Source: an uncultured Gemmatimonadales bacterium | GTDB lineage: Bacteria; Gemmatimonadota; Gemmatimonadetes; Gemmatimonadales; GWC2-71-9 | DNA length: 64,000 nt | Assembly (NCBI GenBank): GCA_963707875.1 | Contig: CAVPRU010000001.1 | Location: forward strand, 145,591 to 209,590 | Reading direction: 5' to 3' | Shown: positions 1-7,418 of the stretch, in pieces | Layout of the letters: the number at the start of each line of letters is the position of its first letter | Position numbering within the stretch: position 1 is the first letter of the stretch | Program-made: the position numbers and the translations under genes | The notes under the pieces: model-generated | The model's input: the letters and a program-made list of their open reading frames with translations, nothing else | The model's database searches: none | Told to the model about the DNA's origin: nothing

Positions 1-863
1 GCAAGGCGCCGGACGGGGCCCGTCGCCCCGTCGCAGGCGGCGAGCAGATCAGCCACCGAACCGAATCGATCCGCCGGGTTCTTCGCCAGGGCGGTCCGGA
101 TCGCCAAGGCCACCGGCAACGGCACGTCCGGCCTGATGCCGCGAAGGTCAGGCGCCTCCTGGGTGGCGAGTTGTGACAGCACCGCAAAGACACTCCCGCC
201 CTGGAACGGGGGGCGCCCGGCAAGCATCTCGTAGAGCACGCAGCCGAGACTGTAGACATCGCTGCGATGATCGATCCCCCGCTCACCGGCCGCCTGCTCC
301 GGGCTCATGTACGCCGGGGTACCGATGGCCAACCCGGTCGCCGTCAGTTGCTCCCCGCCGGCAAACGCGGCCGCATAGGCGATCCCGAAATCCATCACCA
401 CCGCCACGCCGCCGGAGAGCATGATGTTCTCGGGCTTGAGGTCTCGGTGCACCACCCCCTGGGCGTGGGCATGGGTCAGGGCCTGGGAAACCTCCCGCGC
501 GATCTGCAGGGCCTCCTCGACCGGCAGTTGACTGTCGCGGGTCAGCCGATGCCGCAGCGACTCCCCAGCCACGAACGGCATGGTGTAGAACAGCAGTCCC
601 TCCACCTCTCCTGACCCATACACCGGCAGGATGTGGGGGTGACTCAGGTTGGCCGCGATCCGGATCTCCCGGGTAAAACGCTCACCCCCGAGCATGGCGC
701 CGATCTCGGGCCGAAGCACCTTCATGGCCACCCGGCGGTCGTGCTGCAGATCGATCGCCTCGAACACGGTCGCCATCCCGCCCAGTCCAATCTGCCGGGT
801 CACGGTGTAGCGACCGGTGAGACCGGCCGTCAAGCGATCGATGAGCTGAGTTGCTTCGGCCAT
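1..863 (-). CDS. Ser/Thr protein kinase, N-terminal catalytic domain (3' part runs off the window)
   Basis: Absent from the ORF track because no stop lies in the window. My reverse-strand translation from ATG 863-861 reads MAEATQLIDRLTAGLTGRYTVTRQIGLGGMATVFEA..VAMKVL..HRDLKPENIM..DFGIA..GTPAYMSPEQ (Hanks kinase subdomains). The ATG overlaps the TGA of the upstream gene (TGATG). Confidence 0.85.
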   Translation of the reverse strand, partial: MAEATQLIDRLTAGLTGRYTVTRQIGLGGMATVFEAIDLQHDRRVAMKVLRPEIGAMLGGERFTREIRIAANLSHPHILPVYGSGEVEGLLFYTMPFVAGESLRHRLTRDSQLPVEEALQIAREVSQALTHAHAQGVVHRDLKPENIMLSGGVAVVMDFGIAYAAAFAGGEQLTATGLAIGTPAYMSPEQAAGERGIDHRSDVYSLGCVLYEMLAGRPPFQGGSVFAVLSQLATQEAPDLRGIRPDVPLPVALAIRTALAKNPADRFGSVADLLAACDGATGPVRRL

Positions 864-2596
864 CAGCCAGAGTCGATGGTGGGATGTTCCCGCAGCCGCG
901 CCAGCAGGGCCTCACCGTCCGGCACCCCCAACCCGGTACAGGGGTCCCAGCCCGGGCCGGCCTGATAGGAGACCACCTTACCGGCGGTGATGTCGTTGTT
1001 CCCGGTGACCACGTCCCGGCAACCGGAGGCCGGGCCCTGATCGTAGAGCCAGTGGTTCAGGCCGGCCAGTGGATGTCCGAGGGCCGCCTGGATCCGGACC
1101 AGCAGGGAAGCCCAGATCGGCGTGGCCGCGCTGGTGCCTCCGCCGGCCAGGTCCTGCCCACCAACCACGATCTGGACCCCGGACTCGAACGCCGCGTTGG
1201 CCGCGACATCCGGCAGCCAGCGCCCGGAAAAGGCGGGGGGGATGGAAGGGGCCAGCCAGGTTCCCTGTGCACTCGGGGGGCGCAAGGAGCTCTGAAACGC
1301 CGGTCGCGGGAAGAAACCGCTCATCCCGCCGCCGGACGCGACCGGCACCCCGAGCATCTTTCCATTCCACGCCAGGTCGGTCACGGCCGATCCGGGCTTC
1401 ACGATGGTGCTGCCGCCGCAGGCGATGACCGCCGGACTGGAGGCGGGAAAGTGGGCGTTGGCCGGTGGCGCCACCCCGGGGTGCCAGTCCCCCGCTGACC
1501 CCCAGTCGCCGGTGGAGCAGACGATGGTCACCCCCTTGCGAGCCACGGCGGTCAGCGCGTTGTGAATCAACCGAAGGTCTTCGGCCCCGAAGGCGTGCTC
1601 ACACTCACTCCAGCTCACCGAGAGCACCGCAGGCAGAGGGGCCACCGGCGAGCCGCCGGGATACCCCTCTCCGATCACTTCGTAGAGCGCCCGCCGCCAG
1701 CCATCGGTCCCCGGCGGCGCAAAATAGACCGCGATCGAGGCCCCTCCGCCCAGCGCCGCCGCCAGCTCGATATCCATGGTGACTTCCATCGAGCCGAGAA
1801 AGTCGATGGCGTTCTTGCCCGCCGCGGTGGCGAAATCGACTAGCGAGCCGGCCTCCCGCCAGGCCACCGCGATCCGGTTCATCTCATCAGACGGAAGCGG
1901 CGCATTGCCACCATGGGTACCACCCCCCCCGGGGACTTCGATGTCATGGATCGGCGGCAGGGAAAGGCCAAGGCGCTGGGCAAACGCGGTCAGGTCCTCC
2001 CGGTGATACCCCCCGCCGAACTGGAGCAGTCCGATCGTCAGCGCCGAAGCGTCCTGTGCCGGAAACCTGTAATGCTCGGCCACCTGCCCGGGAGTGAACC
2101 TGGGTGCGATGCCGGCGAGGCCAGCCCTTGGGGTATGGAGCGGAACGCTGTCGAGACCCAGGACTCCGTCCACCGCCGAGGCAAGCTCCGGGGGGATGCG
2201 AACCGGCCCATCGTGGGCGTGGTAGTGCCCCGCCTCGGACGCAAAGCGGTGGAGTTCGACCCCGAAGGCACGTTCCAGGGCCACCGTCGACCCCTCCAGG
2301 ACCACGTCGTGCCGCACTCGTGAGCGGGCCACGACCCGAAGCCCGTGGCGGGTGGCGAATCGCTCCACCTGGACGAAGGCTTCCTCACCGGGGGAATACC
2401 GCTGGTCCAACTCGGCCGGATGGGGGGCGGCAAACATCCCCGGGTGCCAGCCCGGAGCGCGGACCACGGGCTCGTGGGCCTCCGGGTTCAATGGCCGGAG
2501 AACCACGGTCACCTGCAACACCTGCGCGGGGGGCACCGGGCCGACCCGTTTCGCGTCGCGCCGGTGGACGACCTCACTCGCGGGGATGGAGTGCAT
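863..2596 (-). CDS. S53 (sedolisin/kumamolisin-like) serine peptidase with N-terminal pro-kumamolisin activation domain
   Basis: 577-aa ORF. The N-terminal region (QVTVVLRPLNPE..RYSPGEEAFVQVERFATRHGLRV..LEGSTVALERAFGVELHRF) looks like a pro-kumamolisin activation domain. The C-terminal GGGTSAATPIWASLL matches the GGTSxxxP catalytic-Ser motif of S53. No obvious signal peptide. Confidence 0.75.
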   Translation of the reverse strand: MHSIPASEVVHRRDAKRVGPVPPAQVLQVTVVLRPLNPEAHEPVVRAPGWHPGMFAAPHPAELDQRYSPGEEAFVQVERFATRHGLRVVARSRVRHDVVLEGSTVALERAFGVELHRFASEAGHYHAHDGPVRIPPELASAVDGVLGLDSVPLHTPRAGLAGIAPRFTPGQVAEHYRFPAQDASALTIGLLQFGGGYHREDLTAFAQRLGLSLPPIHDIEVPGGGGTHGGNAPLPSDEMNRIAVAWREAGSLVDFATAAGKNAIDFLGSMEVTMDIELAAALGGGASIAVYFAPPGTDGWRRALYEVIGEGYPGGSPVAPLPAVLSVSWSECEHAFGAEDLRLIHNALTAVARKGVTIVCSTGDWGSAGDWHPGVAPPANAHFPASSPAVIACGGSTIVKPGSAVTDLAWNGKMLGVPVASGGGMSGFFPRPAFQSSLRPPSAQGTWLAPSIPPAFSGRWLPDVAANAAFESGVQIVVGGQDLAGGGTSAATPIWASLLVRIQAALGHPLAGLNHWLYDQGPASGCRDVVTGNNDITAGKVVSYQAGPGWDPCTGLGVPDGEALLARLREHPTIDSG

Positions 2597-2599
2597 CGG

Positions 2600-5563
2600 C
2601 TACCGGCCGCCTCGGTCGGCCACGTCCCCTTCCCCCTTGGCGGATCCCGCGTCGAGATCGTTCCAGTTCAGGATGGCATTGAATCCGAGGAAGAAGGTCC
2701 CCTGGGTCTGCCACCGCCAGTAGGGCCGGATCGCGAACATCACCACGTGTCCCCGACCGAGGGAGACGTCGACCAGCTGGGCCCGGTTGGCAAGTGCCTC
2801 CCCTCCGTCCAGCACCCCGGACAGCAGCGTCTGGTTGGCCTGGGCCGGGAACCGCAGCACCACCCTGGGTCTGGGTCCGGTCGCGGCGGCGCCCCCACCG
2901 GGACCGCCCGGCGTGGGCCGCTCGGGCGCCTCGCCAGCCGCCGCCGGCGTGCCGACCCCGCGAGCAGCGGGAGCTGTCTCCGGTTCATACGGGGACACCC
3001 GGACTCTGGTGGCCATCGGATTGGTCGTCTGCCACGGCCCGCTCGCCCCACCGAAGAAGCCGCCAAAGCCGGCGCCGCTGGACACGTTGAGCACCGGGTC
3101 CTGGCTGAAGTAGACCGGGACCTGTTCCTCATAGCCATACACCAGCGGGCTCTTCCGGTCGGCGACCACCCCCCGCATGATCGACCCGCGCGCGGTCAGG
3201 TCCGCCGGGCGTTCCACCGTGACTCCGGACGTGAGACCGAATTCCGGGAAGATCGTGGAGGTGGAGCCCTCGGTGATCAGGGTACCGCCCTCCTCGACGA
3301 ACCGGGCGAGCGCCATCAGCCCCTCGATCCCCATGCCGCCCCGGATGTCATCGCTGACGTCGAGCGCGCCGAGGTTGGGCGACGCCTCGGTCTTCTGATA
3401 GGGCAGCGGGACGGTGTCGGCCTTGGGGATCCCGTTCACCTGCGAGGCGGCGCTCCCACCGACGTGGGGAAAGATGATGACATCGTATCGCGCTCTCAGG
3501 TTGCCTTCCCGAAGCTTCTGGTCGGCGAAATACGTGTACGGGACCTCGTAGGTATCGAGCGCCGCCCTGACCCACCCTTCATCCTGAGTCCGCTGCCAGG
3601 AGTGCACATAACCGATCCGGGGCAGGTCCAGCTCGTGGGTCTTGACCGACGGCAGGGACCCGGTCGCGATCGCGCTGAGACCGAGGGAGCGCAGCGACGG
3701 CTCAAGCACGGCACGGTCCCCGTCGGGAATGAGGAAGGCCCCCGCCGGGAACTGACGTCCACCGATCTCGAAACTCTCCTCGGCGGCGAGCATTCGGACG
3801 CCGGGGTGCCGGAACCGGAACTTCATCAGGTTGTTGTCGCTGGTGTGCTCGATCACCAACACCTTGCCCGGGCCGGCAATCCCGCCAGCGGCCAGGATGG
3901 AGTTCGAGGTCGGCGTCATGTTCTGGGCGAGAAAATCCTTGGCCGTGATCGGCTTGACGGTGACATTCCGCATCAACGGGAAGGTCCAGCCGATGTCATC
4001 GTACGGCCGCGGATTGGAGAGCGAGAACGTCTGCACCGAGAAGTACATGTCGGCCAGGGTCCGGAACGGCTGGTCCGCCCGGATCAGCCAGTCACCCTTC
4101 CGCACCTGCAGATCACCCGCCGGGAAGTCGGCGTCCGCGGTGTGGATTTCCAGGCCCTGGCGCAGCAGTTCGTTTACGGCATCGGCCGCATCCGCCTTGC
4201 GACGCTGGCCGGCCGGGATGAGCCAGCCGTAGGTCGGGCCCGCGGCCCCCTTGGCGACCGATCGCTTGTTCTTGAGCCAGTAGTTCTCCAGGTAGTGCTC
4301 CCGATTCCTGGCCACATGAGACAGGGAGAACAGAATGCCGGACTGCTGGATGTTGACGTTGTTGCGGGGGCCCCACCTGATCACTGGCAGCGGAGGATTG
4401 GGCCGAAACCACTCGCGACTCGTCGTCCCGCTATTGACCCGGAGATTGTCGTTGTTGTCGGGGCCGTAGCTCTGCACTTCGTAGAAGCGCCCCACCGCGT
4501 TGTGGGAATGAGCGATGAAGAACAGGTAGTTCGGGGTCCAGCCGTCGTAGAATCCATAGGTCCATACCCCGGGAACTCCCCGCTTGGTGAGCTCCAGTAC
4601 ATCGTTCTGCGCCAGGGTCCACCACTCGCCGATCGTGATGGGGTCGAGCGCCTCGTTGTAGGGCCCGGTACCGGTCGAGCTGTAGAGATAGGACGCCGCC
4701 TCATGGAGGTCGTGCATGATGGTGGGCCGCCACTCCAGGACCGCCCGGGTCGTGGACCGGGTCAGCGACAGGAACTGCCCCATGCCGTCCCGGTTGTTGT
4801 CATGGGCGACATACTTCCCCCAATACATCAGGGGGAGCCGCTGCAGATCGCTCCCCCGCTTCTTGTTGAGGTAGTAGGTGTCGACCTGCTTCTCCCGGCC
4901 ATCCACCTCGAGGACCGGGGTGATGAAGGTGATGACGTTGTCCCGGATCTGCTGGATGAACGGCGTCTCCTCGACGATCAGCCGGTAGGCGGTCTCCTGC
5001 AGCGTCTCCGGACCACCGGTCTCGGGCGAGTGCAGTCCGCTGGTGAACCAGTAGATCGGCTTGGCGCTGCCGATCAACTCTCGAGCTCGGGTCTCGCTGG
5101 TCGTCCTCGGGTCCGTCAGCTCGTGGAGCATCCCCTGGTAGCGCTTCAGGTTCCGGATCGTCTCGGCATCAGCGATCGCCAGCACCACCATCTCGCGTCC
5201 CTCTTCCGAGGTACCCATCACCCACATGGTGGCCCGATCAGAAGCGGCGTCGAGGGCCGCGAAGTAACGCTGAATGTCCTTGGCGTAGGTGAGTTCGCCC
5301 GGCTGCCCGACGATCCGACCGTGGAACTTGAGCGGCGTGGGGACCGTGGCCGAGGCCGGAAGATGATCCACCAGTTCGGTGGTGATCCTGGGATCCCGGA
5401 GGTTCTCCTTGATGAGGCGGGTGTACTCCTCATCGACCGGCTGGCTGGCGGCTTGCCCCACCGCGCTCGGCACCACGGCCAGGGCCCAGGCCAGGAGGAA
5501 GACCGGAGGCACCAGCCGACTGAGGAGCCGGGGAGCCGGAACGCGATGAGAGGGACGGAACAT
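2600..5563 (-). CDS. Secreted M14-family zinc carboxypeptidase-like protein (large, 987 aa)
   Basis: N-terminal signal peptide (LLSRLVPPVFLLAWALAVVPSAVGQA). HSPETGGPE (HxxE zinc-ligand context) and NNRDG motifs resemble M14. GGAGG Shine-Dalgarno upstream of the ATG. Only 3 nt separate its stop from the S53 gene start. Confidence 0.6.
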   Translation of the reverse strand: MFRPSHRVPAPRLLSRLVPPVFLLAWALAVVPSAVGQAASQPVDEEYTRLIKENLRDPRITTELVDHLPASATVPTPLKFHGRIVGQPGELTYAKDIQRYFAALDAASDRATMWVMGTSEEGREMVVLAIADAETIRNLKRYQGMLHELTDPRTTSETRARELIGSAKPIYWFTSGLHSPETGGPETLQETAYRLIVEETPFIQQIRDNVITFITPVLEVDGREKQVDTYYLNKKRGSDLQRLPLMYWGKYVAHDNNRDGMGQFLSLTRSTTRAVLEWRPTIMHDLHEAASYLYSSTGTGPYNEALDPITIGEWWTLAQNDVLELTKRGVPGVWTYGFYDGWTPNYLFFIAHSHNAVGRFYEVQSYGPDNNDNLRVNSGTTSREWFRPNPPLPVIRWGPRNNVNIQQSGILFSLSHVARNREHYLENYWLKNKRSVAKGAAGPTYGWLIPAGQRRKADAADAVNELLRQGLEIHTADADFPAGDLQVRKGDWLIRADQPFRTLADMYFSVQTFSLSNPRPYDDIGWTFPLMRNVTVKPITAKDFLAQNMTPTSNSILAAGGIAGPGKVLVIEHTSDNNLMKFRFRHPGVRMLAAEESFEIGGRQFPAGAFLIPDGDRAVLEPSLRSLGLSAIATGSLPSVKTHELDLPRIGYVHSWQRTQDEGWVRAALDTYEVPYTYFADQKLREGNLRARYDVIIFPHVGGSAASQVNGIPKADTVPLPYQKTEASPNLGALDVSDDIRGGMGIEGLMALARFVEEGGTLITEGSTSTIFPEFGLTSGVTVERPADLTARGSIMRGVVADRKSPLVYGYEEQVPVYFSQDPVLNVSSGAGFGGFFGGASGPWQTTNPMATRVRVSPYEPETAPAARGVGTPAAAGEAPERPTPGGPGGGAAATGPRPRVVLRFPAQANQTLLSGVLDGGEALANRAQLVDVSLGRGHVVMFAIRPYWRWQTQGTFFLGFNAILNWNDLDAGSAKGEGDVADRGGR

Positions 5564-5651
5564 GGGGGACCTCCAGAGGGGATCAATCGTGGTACTCGTC
5601 TACAATACGCAGGGTTTTCGCCGATTGTTAGAGGCGGCCGTCCGGCGGGTA

Positions 5652-6953
5652 CTACGGATAGAGGCGGTGGATCTGTCGGGGGAAGGCGATGGCTTCGCGG
5701 ATGTGGGGAATGCCGCAGATCCACGCCACGGTGCGCTCCACCCCGAGGCCGAAGCCGGAGTGCACGAAGGTGCCATACCGCCGCAGGTCGAGGTACCACC
5801 GGTAGGCCTCGGGGTCGAGCCCCTGCCCCACGATCCGCGCCAGCAGCCGATCGTAGTCATCCTCCCGCTGGCTCCCCCCGATGATCTCCCCGTAGCCTTC
5901 CGGGGCGAGGCAGTCGTTGGAGAGCACCGTCCGGGGGTCGGCGGGGTTCTCCTTCATGTAGAACGCCTTGATCTCCTGCGGGTAGTTGTAGACCAGGACC
6001 GGCCGATCGTAACGCGACGCCAGCAGGGTCTCCTCGTCTCCGCCGATGTCGGCCCCCCACTCGATCGGATGCCCTTCGGACTGGAGCCAGGCCACCGCAT
6101 CGGTGTAGGACAGCCGAGGGAATGGGGGCACCACCGACTCGAGTCGTGCCGTATCCCGCTCGAGCTCCTTGAGCTCTTCCTTCCGGCGGTCGAGTGCCCG
6201 GCCGACGATGTAGCTCACGAATTCTTCCTGCAACGCCATGTTGGCGTTCGAGTCGTTCCACGCCACCTCGGGTTCCACCATCCAGAACTCGGTGAGGTGT
6301 CGTCGGGTCTTGGATTTCTCCGCCCGGAAGGTCGGGCCGAAGCAGTAGATCTTGCCCAGGGCGGCCGCGGCCGCCTCGCCGTAGAGCTGGCCGGTCTGCG
6401 CCAGGTAGGCACTCCCTAGGTCGAAATAGTCGGTGGCAAACAAGTTCCCCGCTTCCTCGCCGATCGAGCCGGTCAGGATCGGGGTATCGACCAGCACGAA
6501 ATCGCGTTCGTAGTAGAAGTCCCGGATGGCCTGTACCACTTCGTGCCGGACCCGGGCGATCGCGGTCTGCCGCCGGCTCCGGAGCCAGAGATGTCGGTGC
6601 TCGAACAGAAACGCGGTGCCGTGCTCCTTGGGAGTGATCGGGAACTCGTGGCTCGGGCCGAGGACCTGAAGCTCGGTGAGTCCCATCTCGAACCCGCCGG
6701 GCGCCCGCGGCTCAGCCCGCACTTCGCCGGTCACGGCCACCGAGGTCTCCTGGGTCAGGGACTGGAAAAGCGACCAGGTGGCCTCGGGAACCTGGGTCTT
6801 GACCAGGACACACTGGAGGAGGCCGGTGCCGTCCCGGATCACCGCGAAGGCCACCTTGCCCGAGGAGCGGGTGGTGGAGACCCACCCGCGGATGGTGACA
6901 GACTGCCCGGTGGATTCGCCAGAGGCCAGATCATGGATTCTGAGAACGGTCAT
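5652..6953 (-). CDS. asnS: Asparagine--tRNA ligase
   Basis: The track ORF 5652..7184 is over-extended. Conserved AsnS sequence starts at [26 protein letters not shown] (ATG 6953). Class II motifs are present: [21 protein letters not shown] and [19 protein letters not shown] 17 codons upstream is an alternative start. Confidence 0.9.
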   Translation of the reverse strand: MTVLRIHDLASGESTGQSVTIRGWVSTTRSSGKVAFAVIRDGTGLLQCVLVKTQVPEATWSLFQSLTQETSVAVTGEVRAEPRAPGGFEMGLTELQVLGPSHEFPITPKEHGTAFLFEHRHLWLRSRRQTAIARVRHEVVQAIRDFYYERDFVLVDTPILTGSIGEEAGNLFATDYFDLGSAYLAQTGQLYGEAAAAALGKIYCFGPTFRAEKSKTRRHLTEFWMVEPEVAWNDSNANMALQEEFVSYIVGRALDRRKEELKELERDTARLESVVPPFPRLSYTDAVAWLQSEGHPIEWGADIGGDEETLLASRYDRPVLVYNYPQEIKAFYMKENPADPRTVLSNDCLAPEGYGEIIGGSQREDDYDRLLARIVGQGLDPEAYRWYLDLRRYGTFVHSGFGLGVERTVAWICGIPHIREAIAFPRQIHRLYP

Positions 6954-7418
6954 GGCGGGATTGTAAGGGGAGCCGAGACCACGCGGAAGCGCGAGAAGCA
7001 CCCGCGGTTCCCCACCCCGGTCGTTCGTCCTGCCGTCGGGCACCGGGACCGGCTCCGCCGGTGGCCCAGTGGAGCAAAGCCTGGTGGAGCCATTCGATAA
7101 TGATCTATTGTGGTGAGCCCACCACACACGGGTCGTGATGTGTGGCTGGTCCGCCTCAAACGTGCGGCCAATACTTTTCCACATTGCCGGACAGCGCAGG
7201 ATAATGTGGCTGGATAATCGTGTTTATAACATTGTACATTGTTGCCTTATAAGTGGTTAATGCAGGCCACGCCCAGCATCACCATGAGCTGGAGTGTGAG
7301 AATCTCCTTGGATAACTTGTGGACTGCTTTCGGTCACCTTCTTGCTGTGTAGCTCGACGCTGTTCGAATCCTTTGCACATCGCTCCGCTGGTCGCCTCGG
7401 CCAGCGGAAGCTCGGAGC

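Noticed and set aside
2345-5884. 1179-aa plus-strand ORF. Similar very long ORFs occur at 19574..21781, 26033..28156, 37806..39692, 40879..42105, 55112..56950 and 57862..59619, along with many shorter ones.
   Set aside because: Each lies antisense to a gene with clear family-level homology (M14/S53 peptidases, hflX/rarA, alaS, ftsK, pilT, tatC-lptD, tolB). Their translations are Arg/Gly/Pro/His-rich with no motifs. Stop-free antisense frames are expected in high-GC DNA with GC3-biased codons.
6954-7184. N-terminal extension of the asnS ORF (track start 7184). Analogous over-extensions occur at 20402..22351 (rarA), 23575..24570 (SDR), 24324..25208 (SIS), 28644..29699 (recX), 39470..40984 (accC), 57612..58364 (pal), 63159..63710 (rimI) and 45943..46335 (ppiD-like).
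   Set aside because: The extended parts overlap an upstream real gene or a promoter region, have junk-like composition, and precede the point where family conservation begins. Internal ATG/GTG starts that coincide with upstream stop codons, or that have Shine-Dalgarno sequences, were chosen instead.
7335-7385. tRNA-like fragments (..GTGTAGCTCGACGCTGTTCGAATCC..) resembling a D-arm TAGCTC and a T-loop GTTCGAATC
   Set aside because: I could not build a cloverleaf. The bases flanking the TTCGAAT loop are not complementary, and there is no acceptor or anticodon stem on either strand. This is probably a chance similarity or, at most, a very degraded remnant.
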